Below, one piece after another: positions 47,769 through 56,774 of a stretch of DNA of 64,000 nt; within the stretch, counting starts at the first letter, position 1; the number at the start of each line of letters is the position of its first letter. The notes under the pieces are model-generated. The model saw only the letters and a list, made by a program, of their open reading frames with translations, had not been told where the DNA came from and ran no database searches. The DNA comes from a virus. Its lineage: Duplodnaviria; Caudoviricetes. The stretch covers positions 32,655-96,654 of IMG/VR virus record IMGVR_UViG_3300027542_000004; one strand, 5' to 3'. The position numbers were made by a program, and so were the translations under genes.

Positions 47769-47900
47769 TTACATAAAAGTCATGGGGTTTAACCTATGCT
47801 TCGCCCTGACATTGGGCGAAATTACGACTACTTTTCAAAGGTAGCGATTAAGCGAGGTAACATTTGGGTTACTTCGCTTTTCTTTTGCGTCTTTTGCAGT

Positions 47901-50723
47901 ATGCTAACGATATACGATACCGCAAACGAGATACGTTTTCAGACACCCATCAATAAAGGCTCTAAAAGGGTCGTAGAGTTGATGGGGTCTGATTATGTTT
48001 TGCTTAAATTCAGCGTTAGCAAGCCTATTTACTTTCAGTTGGGCGATTGGTGCGATGTGCCGGGTTTTGGCCGCTTTGAATTGGTTGAGTTGTATAATCC
48101 CACTTACAACAAATCAACCGGGGGCTATGATTATGAATTAGAACTTGAAGCCTATTATTGTAAATGGCGAAATAAGATTTTCAAGTACACCCCTGAAACC
48201 GGTGGTCGCGAGGCTTCGTGGAGTCTTACTGCAACCCTTGATGTGCATTTAGGCGTATTTGTGCGCAATCTTAAAGCATTAGGATATAAGTACAACGAGC
48301 AGGAGTTTATCTTTTCAATAGATAGCACGGTCACGCAGTCAGCAAAACTTCTGACCTACAACAATACGGATATGATAACCGCCCTTAATATGATGGCGGA
48401 AGCGTGGGAGTGTGAATGGTGGATTGAAGACCATGTGATTTATTTTGGCAGATGTGAAATTGGCACACCGATTGACTTTGAGCAAGGCGTGAATGTGGCT
48501 GACATATCAAGTTCAGGCAATAAGAATGTTTACGCCACCAGAATCTATGCTTTTGGCTCAACGCGGAATATTCCCGTAAACTATCGCCCCGTTGATGAAA
48601 CCGTGGTTGTCAATGGCATCGTGCAGAAACGACTTATGCTCCCTGTCGGAACTCCCTATGTGGATGCTTATCCCAATATGCCGACTGAGGCAGCAGTGGA
48701 GCAGGTGGTGGTCTTTGATGACATATATCCACGGACTGACGGAACGATTGACTCTGTAAGCACATATACCGATACTGTCACAAACGATGATGGTACGACA
48801 AACACGGAAACATTCTATCGATTCAAGGATAACCATATTCAGTTTTCGCAGGATTACATTCTTGAGAATGAGGAACTTCACATCATTTTTCAGTCTGGTA
48901 AATTGAACGGATTGGATTTTGGCGTGATGTTTAATCCCCTCGGAGTGTCTGAAAAATTATCAGATGGTTCTTGGAATCCTGATGCGCAACTTTGGGAGAT
49001 TGTGGCAAATGAAGATTACGGAAGAAAGCTCCCCGATACGGTTCTATTGCCACAAGTTGGTGATAAATACGTCCTTTATGGATGGGATGCCACTAAAATA
49101 GCGTCATTGGGACTTATTGAAGATGCCGAGCAGGAACTACTTAAACGTACTGAGGAATATATAGCGAAAACGAAAGTTGACCCCAATAGCTATCCTTGTA
49201 CGATGATGTCGGATTGGATGAAAGAGCAAGGAGAAACACCTACCGGCTATTATTTCCCATTTGGTCTTGGCGACTGTGTGAATCTGATTAGTGATGCTTA
49301 CTTCGTTAATGGAAGCAGACAATCTCGCATTGTGGGGTATGAATGTCAGCTTGATTATCCTTATGACTCGCCCATAATCACAGTAGGTGAAACCCCTTCT
49401 ATATCACGATTAGGCGCGTTGGAAGATACCATTGAATCATTGACCTTGAAAGGACAGACTTTTGTAGGTGGAGGTAATGGTGGAGGTGGAAGCACGGTGT
49501 ATCTGATTACAACAAACGACACAACGACTCCAACCAATCGCAATGCCTTTTCTTCGCTTCGTTCATTGAAGGAATTTCTTAGTAAGACGAAAGCTGACCG
49601 TACACCATATCCCTTGAATGTCGGTGGAAAGCTGACAGGAGAGAAAGGTGTGCAGTTCGGTGATAGTTTTGCGGATGGTCTTACGGGCTTTGGTGGAATG
49701 GTAGATGAAGATGGCAATGGCTGGCTTGAAAGTCTTTCTCTTCGCAGATTCCTTGAGGTTCCTGAACTACGCTATAACCGTGTTGAGATTCAGATTGGCA
49801 ACAAGTGGAACGCTCCCGGTGGTGGTATCGTAGAACAGTGCATACCTGACCTTGATTCAGATGGCAATCCATTGATGACCGGTACTGTCATTCTTCATCT
49901 TGAGGATGGAGAAATCGGTACTGTTGCGATTGATGACATCTGCATGGGTATTTTCCACGACGGATATACACAATCAAACAACTCAACGGCAGACTATGAT
50001 GATTCCATTGGAAATTTTCATTTTGCCGGCTTCTATACTGCATATTTCAGAATCACCGACATTTTAGAAACTGGTCGCAATAGCAAATTTCGCTATATGC
50101 TCCGTGCGGTGTCGGATAGATGGAAGATGAAGTTTCATCCTTGTGAGGCTATGCACTTTGTAGGTTATGGAAACTTCACCGATACCAACCGTCAGACATC
50201 CCGATATTCTACCCGGACTTATGAACGCTATCTTAAAGGCGTGAATGATTGGGAATTTACCGCCAACAATATCGGTGCGCAGTTTGGTGACTTGAGTAAT
50301 CTCTCCGTATTCGGATTGTTTATGACCGGTTATTCTGCATATCTGAATAACATCTATATGACTGGTGTCATAGAACAAACTCAAGTGCTTCCCATCCGAA
50401 TGGAAATTACGACAAATGGTGACGGCTTCCTTGCTTATGGCGAATCAATGGAAGTAACGTGTCGGGTCTATCAAGGGTGGAAAGAAATAACCGACCAGAT
50501 AACCGATTGGACTATTACACGCGATAGCGGTGAGGCTGTGAATGATGCTGCTTGGCAGCTTAAACAAAAGGTAAAGGATTTTGACGGAACAATAACCCTT
50601 ACATACACAGATACAGATAACGACCTCGGTACAAATCCGAACTCAATCAGCACCTTATTCACGATGGTTGCAAAAATTGACGGGGATGATGTGGCGCAGG
50701 CTCAACTAATAGCAGCACCATAA
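47901..50723 (+). CDS. Tail tip/baseplate-hub protein (Bacteroidales type)
   Basis: ATRIYAFGSTRN.P, VVFDDIYPR, D.DGNG.LESL..R.FLEVPEL; ATG 47901. Confidence 0.8.
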   Translation: MLTIYDTANEIRFQTPINKGSKRVVELMGSDYVLLKFSVSKPIYFQLGDWCDVPGFGRFELVELYNPTYNKSTGGYDYELELEAYYCKWRNKIFKYTPETGGREASWSLTATLDVHLGVFVRNLKALGYKYNEQEFIFSIDSTVTQSAKLLTYNNTDMITALNMMAEAWECEWWIEDHVIYFGRCEIGTPIDFEQGVNVADISSSGNKNVYATRIYAFGSTRNIPVNYRPVDETVVVNGIVQKRLMLPVGTPYVDAYPNMPTEAAVEQVVVFDDIYPRTDGTIDSVSTYTDTVTNDDGTTNTETFYRFKDNHIQFSQDYILENEELHIIFQSGKLNGLDFGVMFNPLGVSEKLSDGSWNPDAQLWEIVANEDYGRKLPDTVLLPQVGDKYVLYGWDATKIASLGLIEDAEQELLKRTEEYIAKTKVDPNSYPCTMMSDWMKEQGETPTGYYFPFGLGDCVNLISDAYFVNGSRQSRIVGYECQLDYPYDSPIITVGETPSISRLGALEDTIESLTLKGQTFVGGGNGGGGSTVYLITTNDTTTPTNRNAFSSLRSLKEFLSKTKADRTPYPLNVGGKLTGEKGVQFGDSFADGLTGFGGMVDEDGNGWLESLSLRRFLEVPELRYNRVEIQIGNKWNAPGGGIVEQCIPDLDSDGNPLMTGTVILHLEDGEIGTVAIDDICMGIFHDGYTQSNNSTADYDDSIGNFHFAGFYTAYFRITDILETGRNSKFRYMLRAVSDRWKMKFHPCEAMHFVGYGNFTDTNRQTSRYSTRTYERYLKGVNDWEFTANNIGAQFGDLSNLSVFGLFMTGYSAYLNNIYMTGVIEQTQVLPIRMEITTNGDGFLAYGESMEVTCRVYQGWKEITDQITDWTITRDSGEAVNDAAWQLKQKVKDFDGTITLTYTDTDNDLGTNPNSISTLFTMVAKIDGDDVAQAQLIAAP

Positions 50724-51928
50724 TGGAAATATCAAAAAAAAGAATAAGAATAGACTATGCACCTCTTAACGTGGCTGTTTCGGTGGTCAACATCACCCCT
50801 AACAGTCCGGTGGTGCAAGTATATAATGGCTTTACAAATCAGTATGAGCCTAATCGCGCACTTTCACCAACAGTGATTCTTCCTCAAGTAGTGGCAAGTG
50901 CCGCAGATAATAGTTGGGGCGACCCACATTCAAATCACGCTCTTGCTGATATGAAGTGGTTTGCCAATGGTGAAGACATTTCCACGCTTCCTGAATGGGA
51001 AAATCTTTATTCTATCAATCAGACCGGCTCACTACGTGGTGCGCTTTCAGTAATGCGCAACTTCTCACCGGGTGAACAGGTATCATTGCATTTTGAGGGA
51101 GTCCTTGCAGACAATCGATTAGGCGTTAACATTCCTATCAAGACCGAGCCTATTGTGTTATCATGCTCTGACAAGTCGCATAATATGTATTCACTTGGCA
51201 TAGGTGACGATATGATTATCCAATACAATCCTTTCAAGGATAAGCTTTTCCTCTATGAATATAAGACATCCCACGGATTGCAGACAGCATCATCATCAGC
51301 GCAGACAGCCGCAACGGATGAAAACGCCTATAACCGCGTTATCCCGGTATCCTTATACAGTGGTGATAAAGTCATAACAACAGGATATAACATAAAATTA
51401 TTCCGAGTGAATACCGCTACATCATTCACTGAATTGACCGCAGGAGAAGATGAAGTAATCGCTATTGCACCCACTCAGATAACATTAGACTTACGTCTGA
51501 TTCATAAATCTGATTATGTGATTCGGGCCTATGCGGAAAATAGAGAAGTGGCAATGGTTCAGTTCTCGGTCAATCGTCTGAATCCACGATACACAATCCG
51601 AATGACAAACGGAACAGACATTAGCCCATTTGACACGATGCGCTATGACGAGGTTATGGTGGATTATGACGGAAACGTTGTGGATTGTCCGGGTAGCCTT
51701 ATCAGGATTCTTTGGTATGCTGATACCTACGCTAAAACCAATGTGCTTCTGAATGAGGGTGATGTAACACAGTTTCTTCTTTCATTGACCGGAATAGGCT
51801 CGTCTTACAACGATTCGTGGATTGAACTGCATACTATGTCAGAACTCAAGGAAGCACACTGCATTGCAACCGATGAAAACAATGACATCTTTACGGATGA
51901 GAATGGTAACGATTTAATTTTCAACTGA
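50723..51928 (+). CDS. Minor tail protein
   Basis: Position; QVY......YEP.R...P. Confidence 0.7.
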   Translation: MEISKKRIRIDYAPLNVAVSVVNITPNSPVVQVYNGFTNQYEPNRALSPTVILPQVVASAADNSWGDPHSNHALADMKWFANGEDISTLPEWENLYSINQTGSLRGALSVMRNFSPGEQVSLHFEGVLADNRLGVNIPIKTEPIVLSCSDKSHNMYSLGIGDDMIIQYNPFKDKLFLYEYKTSHGLQTASSSAQTAATDENAYNRVIPVSLYSGDKVITTGYNIKLFRVNTATSFTELTAGEDEVIAIAPTQITLDLRLIHKSDYVIRAYAENREVAMVQFSVNRLNPRYTIRMTNGTDISPFDTMRYDEVMVDYDGNVVDCPGSLIRILWYADTYAKTNVLLNEGDVTQFLLSLTGIGSSYNDSWIELHTMSELKEAHCIATDENNDIFTDENGNDLIFN

Positions 51929-52137
51929 TGAATTACATAATTGCAGACAAAACAAAGGCCGTTAACTACGGATTCCAAGTTGAAACCCATGTATGTAATG
52001 GGGATATGATGTGTATCAATGAAAAGGAATTGATGAACTCGGTTTGTATTTCCGGTACACTTAAAGAACGTGCTGATAAATTGAATGGCGTAGTGTGCGA
52101 CCAGTATGATGCACTTGCTTTTATCAACAATAAATAA
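51928..52137 (+). CDS. Hypothetical protein
   Basis: TGATG coupling within tail operon. Confidence 0.6.
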   Translation: MNYIIADKTKAVNYGFQVETHVCNGDMMCINEKELMNSVCISGTLKERADKLNGVVCDQYDALAFINNK

Positions 52138-52149
52138 ATCTGAAATAAT

Positions 52150-53181
52150 ATGTCTTACAGCGCACAAGGTAGTATTACAATTAAGCGATTAAGGAATGGT
52201 GATACATTCTTTATTTCGCTTGAAATCGCCAATGGCATCCCCCTCTATCAAGGTGTGGATGACAAGTCAGGCACAGTATCTCCTGATTGGACGGTTGCAG
52301 CCAACCAACCTATCATCGTTCCCAATGTGACATCTGCAAGAGGCGCATCTGTGGCTTTGTCATTCCACCAATGGCAATACAACGGAGTCACCCTTAATTT
52401 TAATAGTACAACTGATGCGGATGGGTATCGGCTTGACAGTACGGGAGTGTTCAAGATGAACACAATCACCGGGGCATTACGAATCGTTAAGAACCTTGCA
52501 AGTTCAACTAATATCGCCAACGATACGCTTTCTTATTCTTGCGTGGCAACCGTAGGCGGTACGGAATACAACCTGCAAAAATCCATCGATGTGCTTATTC
52601 AGACTGTCGGTGCTACTTCTTATGCCGGTTATGTAAACGCAACCACCGAGCAGCTTACATCCGACATCACTTCAACCGTGCTTTCCACTAAGTTATGGCT
52701 TGGTGCATCGGAACTGACCAACTATTATGTGAAATGGTATAGGGATAACACCCTTTGGAGTGCTAAGAACGGTATGAAGTCCATCACTGTCACAAATGCG
52801 GATGTTGACGGCACTCAGTTGTTTATCGCTGAATTTTATAAGGATTCTTCCAGCACAACCCCAGTATTCAGAGCCGGAATACGCATTATCGACACATCGG
52901 ATGACTATCAAGTTATCTGCTTCATTTCTTCTACACAAAAGGATGTTGATACCGGTAGCCCTGTAACAGTCAAGGCGAAGATAGTTCGCTTCCTGCCCGA
53001 TGGCTCAAATCAAGAAATCACGCCAACTGGTGTAAAATGGCGAATGGATGTGATGGATAGGAAAACATGGTCAGTCGTCAAGACTGCAAATGCCAACACA
53101 ATTCAAGTCACCACAACCGAAACCGACCGTAATGGTGAAATGGGTGATGTTGAAGTCGTGGCAGAAGCAGAGTGGAATTAA
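52150..53181 (+). CDS. Minor tail protein with Ig-like repeats
   Basis: T/S/V-rich beta repeats; AQGSITI.R N-terminus. Confidence 0.7.
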   Translation: MSYSAQGSITIKRLRNGDTFFISLEIANGIPLYQGVDDKSGTVSPDWTVAANQPIIVPNVTSARGASVALSFHQWQYNGVTLNFNSTTDADGYRLDSTGVFKMNTITGALRIVKNLASSTNIANDTLSYSCVATVGGTEYNLQKSIDVLIQTVGATSYAGYVNATTEQLTSDITSTVLSTKLWLGASELTNYYVKWYRDNTLWSAKNGMKSITVTNADVDGTQLFIAEFYKDSSSTTPVFRAGIRIIDTSDDYQVICFISSTQKDVDTGSPVTVKAKIVRFLPDGSNQEITPTGVKWRMDVMDRKTWSVVKTANANTIQVTTTETDRNGEMGDVEVVAEAEWN

Positions 53182-53210
53182 CACTAACAACTTAATACAA
53201 ACGCAATAAT

Positions 53211-54545
53211 ATGGCTAAAAAGAATCTTGGAAACGCCACACTTGTGCCTTCTATTCAGAAGAATAACGGTGTGATGGTTGAGGTAAATGGTTCTGTCCGC
53301 AGAATCACCCTTGACAACTTTATGAACTCAATGAACACCGATGACGAGCAGTTGCTTCGTCAGATAGCATGGGGTGTTCCTATTAAGCAAGGCACCAGCA
53401 GTCCAGAATGGGGCGTTATCGGTAATACCGGTATGTGGAACGAATACAAGTCTATGGTCGGTCGCTATCTCGTTACCAACGATGGTAAAGCTGCCAAACT
53501 TTCGCCCGTCAACTCAGGTGTCTTTGCTGACGGAACTACCCTTGATGAAACAAAGGGTCATGTGATGGTCATTGCTCCCCGGCTTTACTACACAGTTAAG
53601 CGTGATGCCGCGTCTGGGGTTGATTACCTTTGGATGTCGATGCTTCCAATCGGAGGGCATTTCATCGGTGATGCGGACGGAGGTGATTACATCTGCGTAG
53701 GCGCATATAAGGCTTCGCTTGCAGGAGCAGCATTGACTTCTCGTTCAGGAGTAAGACCCGCTGGTTCGCGTACAATCTCGCAGTTCTGGACTGATGCACA
53801 GGTAAACGGAAAGAACTGGGGTCTTGTCAACTATGACCATCGCCGCTTTATGATGATGCTTTGTCTTTCGCAGTATGGTAGCCCCAACGCGCAGGATAAA
53901 ATCGGTCAGGGCGTTAGTGGCTCGGGCGGTTGGAAAGACCTTTGGGTAGGTACTACAAGCCTCCTTACCGGTGCGACAAAATCACTCGGTGATAACAACG
54001 GAAAGATAAACATTACAGTCACGAATGGCACGGTTGTAGGCGTGGATTGCTCACGTGTCAATCTGAACGGATTTGAAGACGCATGGGGCTGGCAGTGGGA
54101 GATGATTCAGGGTGCATACTTCGGAAATTCTGAAAACACTGCTCAAACGGGAAACGAGTTCTATATCTATGAGGGCAACCGTATGCCGTCATACGCTGAA
54201 TTGGCTACACACCCATCGGGTAAGTATCGCCAGACTGTCAGACGCACCCTTTCAGCAAACAGTGAGGGATATGTCACAAAGATGATGCTTGGCGAATACT
54301 TCGACCTTATCGCAACTACTTTGGGCGGAGGAAGTAATTCATACTGGTGCGACTATGAATATGCCAATAACACTGGTCAACTGCTGCTCTGGGGTGGTGC
54401 TGCGGATCGCGGTTCGTCTTGCGGTCTCGGTTACGTGCACTCGCGGCACGCTTTCTCGCGCTCGTATGCGTATTGCGGCTCTCGCCTTGCTTATTATGGC
54501 CCCCTTACCTTTATGGACGGAAAGCAACTGATGGCTACTGTCTGA
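53211..54545 (+). CDS. DGR target protein (putative receptor-binding tail protein)
   Basis: G.E..WG..WE and GG......CG......GSRL C-lectin-like end; contains the VR. Confidence 0.88.
   Translation: MAKKNLGNATLVPSIQKNNGVMVEVNGSVRRITLDNFMNSMNTDDEQLLRQIAWGVPIKQGTSSPEWGVIGNTGMWNEYKSMVGRYLVTNDGKAAKLSPVNSGVFADGTTLDETKGHVMVIAPRLYYTVKRDAASGVDYLWMSMLPIGGHFIGDADGGDYICVGAYKASLAGAALTSRSGVRPAGSRTISQFWTDAQVNGKNWGLVNYDHRRFMMMLCLSQYGSPNAQDKIGQGVSGSGGWKDLWVGTTSLLTGATKSLGDNNGKINITVTNGTVVGVDCSRVNLNGFEDAWGWQWEMIQGAYFGNSENTAQTGNEFYIYEGNRMPSYAELATHPSGKYRQTVRRTLSANSEGYVTKMMLGEYFDLIATTLGGGSNSYWCDYEYANNTGQLLLWGGAADRGSSCGLGYVHSRHAFSRSYAYCGSRLAYYGPLTFMDGKQLMATV
54381..54486 (+). repeat. DGR variable region (VR)
   Basis: 106-bp ungapped match to TR; 14 mismatches, all at TR adenines. 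Confidence 0.96.
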
Positions 54546-54713
54546 TGGAACGTAAGTAAAGTTTCAGATAAGCAAAGTCTTACCAATAATTAAAAAGAAC
54601 ATTGACATTCTGAAAAACCATTACAAAAACCGAATCGTGCCAATAAATGCGTCAGCGTATTTCGGTGCGTGCAGCGTGTACGGCACGATTTCGGTAGGTA
54701 GATGGGGAAGAGC

Positions 54714-54819
54714 CTGCTGCTCTGGGGTGGTAATGCGAATAACGGTTCGTATTGCGGTCTCGGTTACGTGAACTCGAGGAACGCTTTCTCGAACTCGAAT
54801 GCGAATTACGGCTCTCGCC
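54714..54819 (+). repeat. DGR template region (TR)
   Basis: Non-coding AAC/AAT-rich copy of VR between target gene and RT. Confidence 0.96.
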
Positions 54820-55132
54820 AAACTTGAATGAAAGGGGTAAAACCCAATCAGATAAATTTCCCCAGAGCCTTGACCCTGCGCTTATAATGAACTACGCAGC
54901 GTAACGGATTGAAAGATTATCCGTGAAGTCAGAACACATATTGCGGAAAGGTCTGCACCTTGCAGCAGACAAGCGGTGCAAGTAGGATGCGAAAGCATTT
55001 CGGAAGCTCCGGGCAGAGAATCCAAGCAAGCCATCTTGCATTTCTCGTTGGATTCTATTATTGAACTTGAAGAAAGTTAGTTTGGCACAAATAAAAATTA
55101 TATATCCGGTTTTTCAGAACACTTAACAACTG

Positions 55133-56334
55133 ATGATGACTATCAAGCCATTTGAAGATATACAATGGGAATCAATGACCTATGAAGAAATTGATTCGCT
55201 TCTTATAGAGCGTATCCGCATCTATGAGGAAGCCATTGCTATGCGTGGCGGTAAGCGTCCAAAACGTGAGGGCTTCATAATGGAACGTATTGCCAACATC
55301 GACAATCTACGTCTTGCTGACCGAAAGGCACAAGAGGGCAAGGCAAAACGTCTCATCATCGTCAATGGAAAAGAGGTAAGGATACCAAATAAGTACATTC
55401 AGGCACACAATGAAAACGCAGAAGCCGAATTGCGTGAGTTGCAAAAGATGATTCTGACCTTGAAATTTCCACCGCCTAATTACAGAAGTGAATATCTCAG
55501 GACTGATGCAGGAAAGGTAAGGGAGCTTATAAAGCAGAATTATTATCCGTGGCGAATATTGCAACACGCCATCATGCTGGTTGTATCCCCTCGGATTTTC
55601 GCAAGTCTGATAATGGATACTTTTGCCTGTATCAAGGGTAAAGGTTTGCATTTCGGTGTTAAACGTGTTCAGCGGACTTTGCGCAGACATCCTGAACTTA
55701 AATGGTTTTGGAAAACTGATTTTAAGAAATACTATCAGAGTCTGCCTCATGACCTTGTAAGGTCATCTTTGGAACGCCTTTATAAAGACAAGATGTTTCT
55801 TCGACTAATCGACATGGTAATACTTGCCTATGATAGTGGAGAAGAAATCATAAAAGAATTGGAAAATCAATAAAGCAAACTTTCGCACGAAAAGCAAAAC
55901 GAATAACAGATGAAAAGCGTAGGCGTGAAGTCCTTGCCTCCTATTGGGGATGGTGTAAATGGGGTCACTGCCGAAACTTATGGAACAAATTAACGAATAA
56001 CGACATGAGCTTTGCAGATATAGGAGTATCCGGTCGTGTTACGACAAAAGACGGTCAACAGTTCTTCGATGTTAAGAAGATAAAGATTGATAGCATTCTT
56101 AATCTTCCCATCAAGGTGGAAAAGTTTCAAACCGATGTCAAAACCCAACATGGTAATGGAAGATATGTTGTTCTGATTGAATACAATGGTGAGAAGTGTA
56201 AATTTATCACCAATTCTTTCACCTTGAAGAATATGCTTGACCAAGCAGCCAAGATAGAAAACGCCTTTCCGATTTCAACCGTTATCAAGAAACGTGACAT
56301 CGGAGGCAAGTTTCCCGATTACTATTTTGAATAA
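55133..56334 (+). pseudogene. DGR reverse transcriptase with internal deletion; N-part 55133-55873, C-part ~55864-56334 in another frame
   Basis: RILQHAI, ACIKGKG.H and KTDFKKYY.S present; GxPIG and YxDD absent; KSIKQ...ASYWGWCKW thumb continues in frame into the 56005 ORF. Confidence 0.82.
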
Positions 56335-56354
56335 TCCCTAAAACAATCAGCACA

Positions 56355-56759
56355 ATGAAATGTAACTATCAATTTCCAACAGTTCCCGATTCGGGAATTA
56401 TCGCGTATCCCGAGGGCAGTATCCTCCGCGTCTTCTACGACATCACCCCGGCACCTCTCGCTCCACGTGAATCAGAGGAAGAAGAAAACGAGGATGCGGA
56501 CATCCCCCAGACTTATGACTGCAATCAGGTTGATGTGCAGGGTCGCACCTATAACGACATTGTGAGTGCTATCGTCAGCGATAAGTATTCCAACGATGAT
56601 GTTCAGGCGATTATCGCCAACTATACAGAGGTTATGGATGAAGATTCTGACATCGACGAGGAAAAGCGCGAGGAGTATATCTCCGAGTATTCTGACTATC
56701 AGCAGTGGCGAAAGCACGCTAAGGCTATTGCCAACGAAGTTCTTGAACATTTAGACTGA
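56355..56759 (+). CDS. Hypothetical tail-associated protein
   Basis: Y..IVSAIV..KYS.D...AI..N ... EY...Q.WR..AK. Confidence 0.7.
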   Translation: MKCNYQFPTVPDSGIIAYPEGSILRVFYDITPAPLAPRESEEEENEDADIPQTYDCNQVDVQGRTYNDIVSAIVSDKYSNDDVQAIIANYTEVMDEDSDIDEEKREEYISEYSDYQQWRKHAKAIANEVLEHLD

Positions 56760-56774
56760 ACCTAAACCAAGCCT

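Noticed and set aside
47796-47900. Longer N-terminal starts given by the ORF track (e.g. 47796, 5423, 18724, 32182)
   Set aside because: The extensions cover promoters, terminators or upstream genes; downstream ATGs fit better
54621-54821. Minus-strand ORFs over TR and VR with similar translations
   Set aside because: By-products of the TR/VR repeat
55133-55873. RT as group II intron or retron
   Set aside because: The adjacent adenine-specific TR/VR pair identifies a DGR
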